A DNA stretch of 64,000 bases from Acidobacteriota bacterium (GTDB taxonomy: Bacteria > Acidobacteriota > Blastocatellia > RBC074): positions 40,075-104,074 of the forward strand of contig JANRKX010000087.1 in NCBI GenBank assembly GCA_033763255.1, written 5' to 3'. The notes beneath the pieces are model-generated. The model did no database searches. It saw only the letters and a program-made list of their open reading frames with translations, and was not told where the DNA came from. Shown piece by piece: positions 1 to 7,624 of this stretch (the stretch's first letter is position 1; every line of letters starts with the position of its first letter). Made by a program: the position numbers and the translations under genes.

Positions 1-330
1 CAGCGGTTTTTCGGCCAATCGTTGTATTACGCCCGGATCAATTCGATTTACGTCAACACGCGCTTCGGATTGACCTCGCGGCTGGATTTGCTGACGGCTT
101 ATTACTACATGATGGATCGTGGAGCGCCGTCGGTTTCACTCGCTGTAGGCGACCTACTCAACGCTTATCCGTTGAAACGGCACAACCCTGAATTTCGGTT
201 GGCTTATCGGTTCAACAACAACGTGACCGGCAATCTGAGCTACCGGCATTTCAGCTACAACGAAAAAGAATTTGCGGTGCAGGATTATCGTTCGAACATC
301 CTGACCAGCAGTTTACGCTTCACCTTCTAA
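1..330 (+). CDS. outer-membrane beta-barrel protein, C-terminal fragment (TonB-dependent receptor/porin-like); the 5' end lies outside the window
   Basis: The frame is open from base 1. The sequence shows an alternating amphipathic beta-strand pattern (YRFNNNVTGNLSYRHF...) and ends in the aromatic ...LRFTF typical of OM barrels. A terminator follows. Confidence 0.5.
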   Translation, partial: QRFFGQSLYYARINSIYVNTRFGLTSRLDLLTAYYYMMDRGAPSVSLAVGDLLNAYPLKRHNPEFRLAYRFNNNVTGNLSYRHFSYNEKEFAVQDYRSNILTSSLRFTF

Positions 331-347
331 CTTCCACCCTATCCACT

Positions 348-383
348 AAAAAGGCGCAGGCTTATTGCCTGCGCCTTTTTTTG
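348..383. terminator. bidirectional rho-independent terminator between two convergent genes
   Basis: The motif is aaaaaGGCGCAGGcttattgCCTGCGCCttttttt, with an A-tract on one side and a T-tract on the other. Confidence 0.6.
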
Positions 384-424
384 CTTCCCCAATGTTCAAG
401 ATGGGTCTGGATCAAACCCAAGTC

Positions 425-2062
425 TCAATAATTCATTCCGATGATTTCGCCTCGATCATCCACATCCAGCTTGGCGGCTTGCGGAACTTTGGGCAGTCCA
501 GGCATCAGCATCATCGAACCGGCAACCACGACGACAAATCCCGCTCCGGCGGATAAATGCGCCTGCGTAACAGTCATCGTCCAGCCACTCGGAGCGCCCA
601 ATACTTTCGGATTGTCGGACAACGACGAGGGCGTTTTGGCGATGCAAACGGGCAAGTCACCAAAACCCAATGTCGTGAACTTCCGCAGCTTCTTGCTCGC
701 TTCAGAATCGAAATACACCGCGCCTGCCCCGTAAATTTCTTTGGCGACACGTTCGACTTTTTCCTCCAATCCCAATTCCGGCGAATAAAGCGGCGTTACC
801 TGCTCTGCGTCACTGGCGTCAGCGGCAGCCATAACCTTCGCAGCCAAATCCATCGCGCCTTCGCCGCCTTTGTCGTAAACCTCCACGACGGCGCTTTCGA
901 CATTCGCAGAGCGGCAGAATTCCTGAATGGCGGCAACTTCTTCATCGGTGTCTGTGGTGAAGCGATTGATGGCAACAACAATCGGCACTTTGTATTTCCG
1001 CAAGTTGTTTAGATGAGTTTGCAGGTTGGCCAGACCGCGGTGCAGGTTATTCAGACTGCTATCGTTCGGGAAATCCGCCGAAACGCCGTGCGCGGCCAAG
1101 GCTCTGGCCGTGGCGATCAAGACAGCGGCGGCGGGTTTCAACCCGGATTTCGGCATCACCAGATCGAAGTATTTTTCCGCTCCCAGATCGGCTCCGAAAC
1201 CGGATTCGTTGATGACGTAATCGGCCAGCTTCGTGGCCATCTTTTGCGAAATCACGCTGCTGGTTCCGTAGGCGATATTGGCGAACGGGCCGGTGTGAAC
1301 AAAGGCCGGAGTTCCTTCGGTCGTCTGCGCCAGATTGGGCATGATGGCTTCGTTCAGCAAGACCATCAGCGCGCCGGTCACGTGCAAATCGCGGGCGCGA
1401 ATCATTTGGCCGTCCAGGTTATATCCCAGCAAAATGTCGTCCAGCTTGCGCCGTAAATCTTCGCGGGAATTGGCCAGGCCCAGGATCGCCATCACTTCCG
1501 AAGCGGCGGTGATGATGAAACCGGTTTCGCGCGGTACGCCGTTCGCCTTACCACCCAGGCCGACGATGATGTGCCGCAAAGCGCGGTCGTTCATATCCAT
1601 TGTTCGCGGCCAGAAAATGCTGTCCACATCGAAGCGCAGTTCGTTGCCGTGATGCAGATGCGAATCAATCGCCGCCGCCAGCAAATTGTGTGCGGTCGTA
1701 ATGGCGTGAAAGTCTCCGGTGAAATGCAGATTGATTCGTTCGGCTGGCAGCACCTGAGATTTGCCGCCGCCGGTTGCGCCGCCTTTCAGCCCAAACACAG
1801 GCCCCAGCGACGGTTCGCGCAAGGTAACAATCGGACGTTTGCCGTGGCGTTCGATGGCCTGAGCCAGCCCGATGGAAACAACGGTTTTGCCTTCGCCGTG
1901 CGAAGTCGGTGTCATCGCCGTGACCATAATGAATTTCGCCTGCTTGGGCGATTTCCATTCGGACAGCAATTCCAGTTTCAGTTTGGCCATGTGCTGGCCG
2001 TAATAAATCAGGTATTCGTTTGGTATGTTCAATTTGTCGGCGATGTGTTTGATGGGAAGCAT
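425..2062 (-). CDS. fhs: formate--tetrahydrofolate ligase
   Basis: The roughly 545-aa product aligns with FTHFS along its full length (PIKHIADKLNI..., TPTSHGEGKTVVSIGL, GGATGGG). The start is chosen at MLPIK, which has a gaagg RBS, rather than the upstream ATG. Confidence 0.9.
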   Translation of the reverse strand: MLPIKHIADKLNIPNEYLIYYGQHMAKLKLELLSEWKSPKQAKFIMVTAMTPTSHGEGKTVVSIGLAQAIERHGKRPIVTLREPSLGPVFGLKGGATGGGKSQVLPAERINLHFTGDFHAITTAHNLLAAAIDSHLHHGNELRFDVDSIFWPRTMDMNDRALRHIIVGLGGKANGVPRETGFIITAASEVMAILGLANSREDLRRKLDDILLGYNLDGQMIRARDLHVTGALMVLLNEAIMPNLAQTTEGTPAFVHTGPFANIAYGTSSVISQKMATKLADYVINESGFGADLGAEKYFDLVMPKSGLKPAAAVLIATARALAAHGVSADFPNDSSLNNLHRGLANLQTHLNNLRKYKVPIVVAINRFTTDTDEEVAAIQEFCRSANVESAVVEVYDKGGEGAMDLAAKVMAAADASDAEQVTPLYSPELGLEEKVERVAKEIYGAGAVYFDSEASKKLRKFTTLGFGDLPVCIAKTPSSLSDNPKVLGAPSGWTMTVTQAHLSAGAGFVVVVAGSMMLMPGLPKVPQAAKLDVDDRGEIIGMNY

Positions 2063-2079
2063 AATGATGAAACCTTCAA

Positions 2080-3258
2080 TCATGGGTTTGCAGATTGTCG
2101 TCTGCGGCTGACGATAAGCAGATCATCTTGTTGAGAATGTTTGCGGAATCCCAGCAGGTGGCAGATTTCCACGACAAACCAATGAGCGATTTGCGTGTTA
2201 ATCAACAACGCATCGGAGTTGTCCGGCAGCCGATGAATTCCGGGTAAATGCGGCAGCAAACGATCAACGTTCCATTTTCGTAACTGAGCGGAAACTTTCA
2301 GCCAGAATAGATTCACCTCGCGCACCAGAAAAAATCCGTCTTCACCCTGGCTCTGATACAAAGGCATAAACAGCAATCCGTCTTCTGGCGAAACGACGCT
2401 GCCTTGCCGGTCGCTGGCCAGCAATTGGCCTTTTGCCACGCGCGTGAAATTCGAAAAACCGGGTTGCATGACAAATTCATCCGTTTCGTGAACTCCATGC
2501 CGATGACGTAATTCCATCACACGAGGCACGTCGCCGACCGAGCGTTTCAAGTGCTGGCGCAGGTCGAAAAATTCATGGATGTAATACGGTTTTATGCAAC
2601 CAGCCGCCGCCAGCGTGATCCAGATGGCGGCTTCATGATTGAGCAGGGACGTTGGCGAGCGATGTTGTCCGGCTTCAAACCCTATGGCGGCGTGACCGAG
2701 TTCGTTGGCGTAATTAAGAATCGTGCCGTCAAGGTTTTCCTCAAGACCGAGGATGATCGGCACGCCAAGTTCCAATGCCAGACGGCGATTCGTCAGCGTA
2801 TCGCTGATGATGGCAAACGGCGAACCTTCGGAAGAAGTCGTGTGCAAATCAAGAAAGATGGCTTCACCTGTGTGATGTTCCAGCGCCGTTTCGATGATGT
2901 CCAGCAATTCGCGCTGCTCGGCGTCTTCGGCGGTGGCGGTTTGAGCCGGCAACAAGTCTTCTATTTCGCTTACCTGCTTCGGCGACCACATACGATTCAG
3001 GTCTCGGTGCTGATACCGGACTCCAGCGTTCAATGCCCTGACGTTTCCGGCCAACGCGATCAATTCGCCTCGAAATGTCGGGGAGGTTTCGCGCAATTTT
3101 TTCAAGACGATTTCCAGTGCCAACGCTCCGGCAGGCTCATTGCCGTGAATTCCGCCGATGCAAATCACCAATGGCCCCGGCTGTTTCCCGGAAAATCGGC
3201 CAAGTTCGCGGTGAAATTTCTTTTCGTGAATTGATTGCATAACGGCGCTTTTCAACAT
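2080..3258 (-). CDS. succinylglutamate desuccinylase/aspartoacylase (AstE/AspA) family zinc deacylase
   Basis: The [10 protein letters not shown] zinc-ligand motif and overall AstE_AspA-like layout are present. The start is taken at MLKSAVMQ, which has a ggagt RBS. The upstream 56 codons are probably not translated. Confidence 0.7.
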   Translation of the reverse strand: MLKSAVMQSIHEKKFHRELGRFSGKQPGPLVICIGGIHGNEPAGALALEIVLKKLRETSPTFRGELIALAGNVRALNAGVRYQHRDLNRMWSPKQVSEIEDLLPAQTATAEDAEQRELLDIIETALEHHTGEAIFLDLHTTSSEGSPFAIISDTLTNRRLALELGVPIILGLEENLDGTILNYANELGHAAIGFEAGQHRSPTSLLNHEAAIWITLAAAGCIKPYYIHEFFDLRQHLKRSVGDVPRVMELRHRHGVHETDEFVMQPGFSNFTRVAKGQLLASDRQGSVVSPEDGLLFMPLYQSQGEDGFFLVREVNLFWLKVSAQLRKWNVDRLLPHLPGIHRLPDNSDALLINTQIAHWFVVEICHLLGFRKHSQQDDLLIVSRRRQSANP

Positions 3259-3433
3259 CGGGTTTGTACTCCATCCACAACGACGCTCACGATTCCTCCA
3301 ACATAAAAAACCTGCTTCTTTGCCGCGCCCGTCAGTAGATTGTGAGACTCGGCGATAACTTTTTCGCGCATACCGATTTATTACCAATCGGCGTGCCAAA
3401 TCGCCGTCAACCTGCACGGCGGCCATTCAATGC

Positions 3434-3449
3434 TGGCTTATCAATTGCT
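3434..3449 (+). promoter_or_regulatory. possible sigma54-type -24/-12 element (TGGCTT-N5-TTGCT) upstream of the cytochrome cluster
   Basis: The GG and GC dinucleotides are spaced exactly 12 nt apart. The -24 box deviates from TGGCAC. It sits about 125 bp upstream of the cytochrome ATG. Confidence 0.25.
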
Positions 3450-3574
3450 TCGGTGAAGGCGTAAGTCGGTATTTGCAGAACAAAAAAGCGGATATTTCCT
3501 CAATGGAACTCAAAATTACCCAAATCACTGCAAGTTTTCGCAATCTCTCAACATCTCAAGAAAGGGGGCAGAAC

Positions 3575-4387
3575 ATGTTCAAGAAGCTATCAATAGTTTT
3601 CTTCTTCGCATTGTTTGCGACTGCGGGAATTTCCGGGTGGGGAGTCAACGCGACCTCGTTTCGGCTGACGCAAAACGAATTCAAAGACAACAACTGCGTG
3701 GGTTGCCACGCCAAAGTAACCAGTCCATACAAACTGACCAGCCGATATGCCGAATGGCAAATTTCCACTCATCACGAAAAAGCTGTTGGCTGCGAGAAAT
3801 GTCATGGCGGAGACCCGGCAATCAAAGACGAAAAACGAGCGCATCAGGGAGTCGTTCCTCCTGAAAATCCGCAGAGCCGGTTGCATCTGAAAAACCTGCC
3901 TGAAACCTGCAGCACGTGTCATCAGGGCGTGGTCAGTTCGTTTACGGAAAGCACGCATTACCAAAAGCTGAAAGGCGCCGGAATCGGGCCGAGTTGTTCT
4001 ACCTGCCACGTTCACATGGGATCGCAGGTTTTGTACACGCCTGAAGAAACCGCTGCGATGTGTTCAACCTGCCACAATTCGCCGAACAAACTGATGCCTC
4101 TGCGACCGGAAATCCCGGAAAAGGCCAACGAAGTCATGCAATCCATTCGTCGCGCAAATACGATGGTGCTGTGGGCAGATCGGCTGTTAGATCAAGCCGG
4201 AGCCAAAAAACTGGACATCAACGACGAACAGAAAGAACAGAAAATTGCCAGAGCCGTTTTGGCCGAAGCAAAAGTCAGTTGGCACGCTTTCAATCTGGAA
4301 AGCGTTCGCAAAAAAGCGGACGACGCCCACGATATGAGCGCCAAAGTAAAAGACTCGCTGAGAGCAAAACTTTTCCCTCAACAATGA
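3575..4387 (+). CDS. pentaheme c-type cytochrome, exported
   Basis: There are five CxxCH motifs (CVGCH, CEKCH and three CSTCH). An N-terminal signal peptide (MFKKLSIVFFFALFATAG) is present. An RBS (aaagggggcagaac) lies before the ATG at 3575. Confidence 0.8.
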   Translation: MFKKLSIVFFFALFATAGISGWGVNATSFRLTQNEFKDNNCVGCHAKVTSPYKLTSRYAEWQISTHHEKAVGCEKCHGGDPAIKDEKRAHQGVVPPENPQSRLHLKNLPETCSTCHQGVVSSFTESTHYQKLKGAGIGPSCSTCHVHMGSQVLYTPEETAAMCSTCHNSPNKLMPLRPEIPEKANEVMQSIRRANTMVLWADRLLDQAGAKKLDINDEQKEQKIARAVLAEAKVSWHAFNLESVRKKADDAHDMSAKVKDSLRAKLFPQQ

Positions 4388-4433
4388 CCTCTACGGCAAA
4401 ATCGCCTGTAGAAACTTAAGGAGACTATCCAAA

Positions 4434-4790
4434 ATGAACAAGCTCGCTAGAAAAACCGTCTTTTCAGCGTTCGCCGCAATGGCGCTTACCTTTGCGGTTA
4501 TCACGATGACCAAACCATCGGAAGCTGCTTATTTCCAAAGCGCCAAATCACTCTTTGCACAGAAGTGTTCTGTCTGCCACGGCAACGACGGAACCGGCAA
4601 CACCGCCAAAGGCAAAGAACTAAAAGTTCGCAATTGGAAAACTGACCCGGAAGTCAAAAAGATGTCCGACGCCAAAATGGTGGAAATCACAATGAAGGGC
4701 AAAGGCAAAATGGAAGGTTACGAAAAAACTCTGGGCAAAGAAAAAGTCGAAATGCTTATTGCTTATAGCAAAACTCTGATGGGGAAATAA
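4434..4790 (+). CDS. monoheme class I c-type cytochrome, exported
   Basis: A signal peptide is followed by a single CSVCH heme site. An aaggag RBS is present. Confidence 0.8.
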   Translation: MNKLARKTVFSAFAAMALTFAVITMTKPSEAAYFQSAKSLFAQKCSVCHGNDGTGNTAKGKELKVRNWKTDPEVKKMSDAKMVEITMKGKGKMEGYEKTLGKEKVEMLIAYSKTLMGK

Positions 4791-4810
4791 CCGCTCAGAT
4801 GCAAATTTCA

Positions 4811-4860
4811 GCCGCAGATAAACGCTTGTCTGCGTTTATCTGCGGCTTCACTTTTTTTGT
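4811..4860 (+). terminator. intrinsic terminator-like hairpin inside the cytochrome operon
   Basis: The motif is GCCGCAGATAAACGC-ttgtct-GCGTTTATCTGCGGC followed by ttcacttttttt. A ggaga RBS and the next ATG follow immediately. Confidence 0.5.
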
Positions 4861-4873
4861 GGAGACTTCACTT

Positions 4874-5503
4874 ATGACGGGAACAACTACAATTTCGGTG
4901 GCTGTCATTCTATTCAGCGTGGTGTTGATTGCCTGGCTGACGTCTCGCCCGTCCATCACCGCCACTCGCGGCGGCAAGATGCTGGCGTTTGTCGCCTTGC
5001 TGATCTTTCCGCTGCTGGCCGGAGGCATGGGCGTCAACGAACACATTCAACATTCCAAGACCACCAACTTCTGCCTGTCCTGCCACGTGATGGAAGATTA
5101 CGGCAAAAGTTTGCGCGTGGACGACCGCAGCTACATTCCGGCAATTCACTTTCAAAACAATCTGGTTCCGCGCGACCAGGCCTGTTTCACCTGCCACACC
5201 GATTACACAATGTTCGGCGACACGACGGCCAAACTGCGCGGATTGAAACACGTGTACGCTTATTATCTGGGCAAACCGGCTGAACCGATCAAACTGTACA
5301 CGCCTTATAACAACCGCGAATGCCTGCATTGTCATTTGGGCGGACGCGGGTTTGAAGAATCAGAAGCCCACAGCAAGGACGCCGAACTGATGGCCCGGAT
5401 GAAAGCCAACAAGCTTGGCTGCACATCCAGCGGCTGCCACAACATCGTTCACAACATTCCTTCGCTAAAAGAAGCGACATTCTGGAAGGAGGCTGGCAAA
5501 TGA
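4874..5503 (+). CDS. NapC/NirT/NrfH-family membrane-anchored tetraheme cytochrome c (quinol dehydrogenase-like)
   Basis: An N-terminal TM anchor (TISVAVILFSVVLIAWL) is present. Heme sites are CLSCH, CFTCH and CLHCH, plus an unusual CTSSGCH (CX4CH). The start is taken at the ATG at 4874, which has a ggaga RBS. Confidence 0.8.
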   Translation: MTGTTTISVAVILFSVVLIAWLTSRPSITATRGGKMLAFVALLIFPLLAGGMGVNEHIQHSKTTNFCLSCHVMEDYGKSLRVDDRSYIPAIHFQNNLVPRDQACFTCHTDYTMFGDTTAKLRGLKHVYAYYLGKPAEPIKLYTPYNNRECLHCHLGGRGFEESEAHSKDAELMARMKANKLGCTSSGCHNIVHNIPSLKEATFWKEAGK

Positions 5504-5697
5504 ATTCGCAATCATCAAAAATCGAAAAACGGATCCGATTGTCCGGCTTGTTGTTGATAACCGGGTTGCTGGTGGAACTGGTCAGTTTGTACTGGTCGCA
5601 TCCGACAGCTTTTTTGTTCTTCCTGCTGCTGGGCGGAGTGCTGCTGGCGGCGGGAATTGTGATTTACCTGCTCTCGCTGGTTTCTGCCGAAAGCTGA
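5500..5697 (+). CDS. small membrane protein (two TM helices), translationally coupled to the tetraheme gene
   Basis: Its ATG overlaps the upstream TGA (ATGA). The 65-aa product has two hydrophobic helices. Confidence 0.45.
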   Translation: MNSQSSKIEKRIRLSGLLLITGLLVELVSLYWSHPTAFLFFLLLGGVLLAAGIVIYLLSLVSAES

Positions 5698-5807
5698 ATC
5701 CTTGCAGTACGGGGAATGTGAGCGACCTGAGTCTTTCTGAAAGCATACTTCAAGCAAAACTCAGGTCGTGCATACGCCTCGTTTCACATTGAATCGGATT
5801 TATGCTT

Positions 5808-5845
5808 CGGATTGATTCTTTGGATTGATTCTTTGGATTGATGCT
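5808..5845. repeat. 13-bp tandem repeat, about 3 copies (GGATTGATTCTTT)
   Basis: The units are cggattgattctt, tggattgattctt and tggattgatgct, seen directly in the sequence. Confidence 0.5.
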
Positions 5846-5995
5846 GTCGCAGTTGATCCGGCAATGAAATGAGTCCCAACCGACCGGGACGAAGAAACTG
5901 TCAAACGCTTTACTTGATCTGCCATCGCGTAACATCAGTTACTAGATCGCTTTTCATTGGCGTGTCTGGATTATCAGGCGCTATTGAACTGTAAA

Positions 5996-6026
5996 TGTGG
6001 GGCAATTTTCCAAATTGTCCCACACA
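5996..6026. promoter_or_regulatory. dyad-symmetric element, candidate enhancer-binding-protein site (UAS) for the downstream sigma54 promoter
   Basis: The motif is TGTGGGGCAATT-ttccaa-ATTGTCCCACA, with 11-bp arms and one mismatch. It lies about 170 bp upstream of the -24/-12 element. Confidence 0.35.
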
Positions 6027-6183
6027 CCAAAGTGAAAACTGATCTAAATACCAAATCCTAATTCCAGAATCCTCAAACAACCTTCTCGTCTGCCAGCGGA
6101 ATTTTCCCAGCCGACACAATGCTCACCGGTGAAAATCACCCAAACATTTCCTCAATATCACCAACTATCAACAAGATAGCTGG

Positions 6184-6199
6184 TGGCACGCATGTTGCC
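6184..6199 (+). promoter_or_regulatory. sigma54 (RpoN) -24/-12 promoter
   Basis: TGGCACG-catg-TTGCC matches the TGGCACG-N4-TTGCW consensus exactly. It lies about 70 bp upstream of the hsp20 ATG. Confidence 0.6.
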
Positions 6200-6266
6200 A
6201 ATTTTGTTCTCGGCTGGAGATTCACTGGAAGGAAAACAATCTCGAACGCAGTATGGAGGTACTGAG

Positions 6267-6785
6267 ATGAAAGCCCAACAAGCATTGGAAACTCAACCGG
6301 CAGAGAAACCGATCTTTGTCGAAGCAGAAAAATTGATCAACCGCATGGAAGAATTGACGAAAAACGTTGCTCATCGCGCTTATGAATTTTTTGAAGAGCG
6401 TGGCCGCCGGTTCGGCAATGAACTGGAAGATTGGTTCCGCGCCGAGTCCGAATTGATGCGCTACGTGCCAACGACATTGAAAGAAGGTGATCAGCAATTC
6501 ACTTTTCAAGCCGAAGTCCCAGGCTTCAAAGCCGAAGAAATCAAAATCAGCGCCGAACCGAAAATGCTGATTATCGAAGGCGAATCAGAACAGAGCACCG
6601 AAGAAAAATCCGACAAGGTCGTGTTCAGCGAACGACGCACAAATCATTTTTGCCGCTCGTTCAGTTTGCCCGCTGAAATTGATCCTGCCAAAGTGACCGC
6701 CAATCTGAAAAACGGATTGCTGGAAATCATTTTGCCGAAAGTGCCGGTTCGCCAGCCGGTCGGCGTGGAAATCAAAACCGTGTAA
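6267..6785 (+). CDS. small heat-shock protein (Hsp20/alpha-crystallin) with an N-terminal DUF2934-like segment
   Basis: The C-terminal alpha-crystallin domain includes ...GLLEIILPK. The N-terminal [26 protein letters not shown] matches the DUF2934 consensus. The start at 6267 has a ggagg RBS. The upstream ATG at 6183 would overlap the promoter. Confidence 0.85.
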   Translation: MKAQQALETQPAEKPIFVEAEKLINRMEELTKNVAHRAYEFFEERGRRFGNELEDWFRAESELMRYVPTTLKEGDQQFTFQAEVPGFKAEEIKISAEPKMLIIEGESEQSTEEKSDKVVFSERRTNHFCRSFSLPAEIDPAKVTANLKNGLLEIILPKVPVRQPVGVEIKTV

Positions 6786-6839
6786 TGCAGATTCGGGTTT
6801 CGATGTCTGCTCCTTTGTTTTTGATAGGAGGTGAAAATC

Positions 6840-7529
6840 ATGACTTACAAATCAGACCAGGAACTGCAAAGCGAGGTGATGTTCCAGCTTGGGTGGGATT
6901 CGCGCATCAAACAAACCGAAGTCGGCGTGACGGCTCATAATGGAATCATCACTTTAACCGGCAAGGTGGGCAGTTACGCGAAAAAGCTGGCGGCTCAGCA
7001 GGCGGCGCATCGCGTCAAAGGAGTGCTGGACGTGGCCAACGACATCGAAGTTCACATCCCTGGCAGTCTGTCGCGCACCGACGAAGAAATCGCTCAGGCG
7101 GTTCGCCACGCCCTGGATTGGAACGTGCTGGTTCCGGCGGAACAGATTCACTCGACTGTGTCGAACGGTTGGGTGACGTTGGAAGGCAACGTCGAATACT
7201 ACCGCGAACGCACCGACGCCGAACGCGCTGTTTCCCATCTACCCGGAGTTCGCGGCTTGACGAACAAGATTCTGGTTTGTCAGTCGGTCGAACCCGAACG
7301 TGTCAAATTCCTGATTGAAGACGTTCTGGAACGTCGCGCCGACCGTGAAGCCGACCGCATACGAGTCAACGTCACCGATGGCGAAGTGATTCTGACCGGA
7401 GCAGTCAATTCGTGGGAAGAAAAGAAAGCAATCTTAGGCGCGGTCAGTCACACTCCGGGCGTCAAAGGCGTTCAGGATCATTTGTTCATTGATCCGTATC
7501 ACATGCGATTCGACGTGGCTTACGCATAA
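6840..7529 (+). CDS. BON-domain (OsmY-like) protein with three BON repeats
   Basis: There are three repeats of the type ...V.V..G.VTL.G.V......A...A....GV..V.N.I.V. The start ATG at 6840 has a ggagg RBS. Confidence 0.8.
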   Translation: MTYKSDQELQSEVMFQLGWDSRIKQTEVGVTAHNGIITLTGKVGSYAKKLAAQQAAHRVKGVLDVANDIEVHIPGSLSRTDEEIAQAVRHALDWNVLVPAEQIHSTVSNGWVTLEGNVEYYRERTDAERAVSHLPGVRGLTNKILVCQSVEPERVKFLIEDVLERRADREADRIRVNVTDGEVILTGAVNSWEEKKAILGAVSHTPGVKGVQDHLFIDPYHMRFDVAYA

Positions 7530-7563
7530 ACGAATTCCTCTCACTCGTCAGCTCAAGACACTT

Positions 7564-7606
7564 AAGCGCAGCGGTTTTTCTCGATGAGCCGCTGCGCCTT
7601 TTTTTG
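7564..7606 (+). terminator. rho-independent terminator ending the hsp20-BON unit
   Basis: The motif is AAGCGCAGCGG-N-CCGCTGCGCC followed by tttttttg. Confidence 0.65.
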
Positions 7607-7624
7607 TGAAGCGGGAGAATAAGC

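Noticed and set aside
6183-6266. Upstream ATG extension of the hsp20 ORF (MARMLPILF...)
   Set aside because: It would overlap the sigma54 -24/-12 element and lacks an RBS. The ATG at 6267 has a GGAGG RBS.
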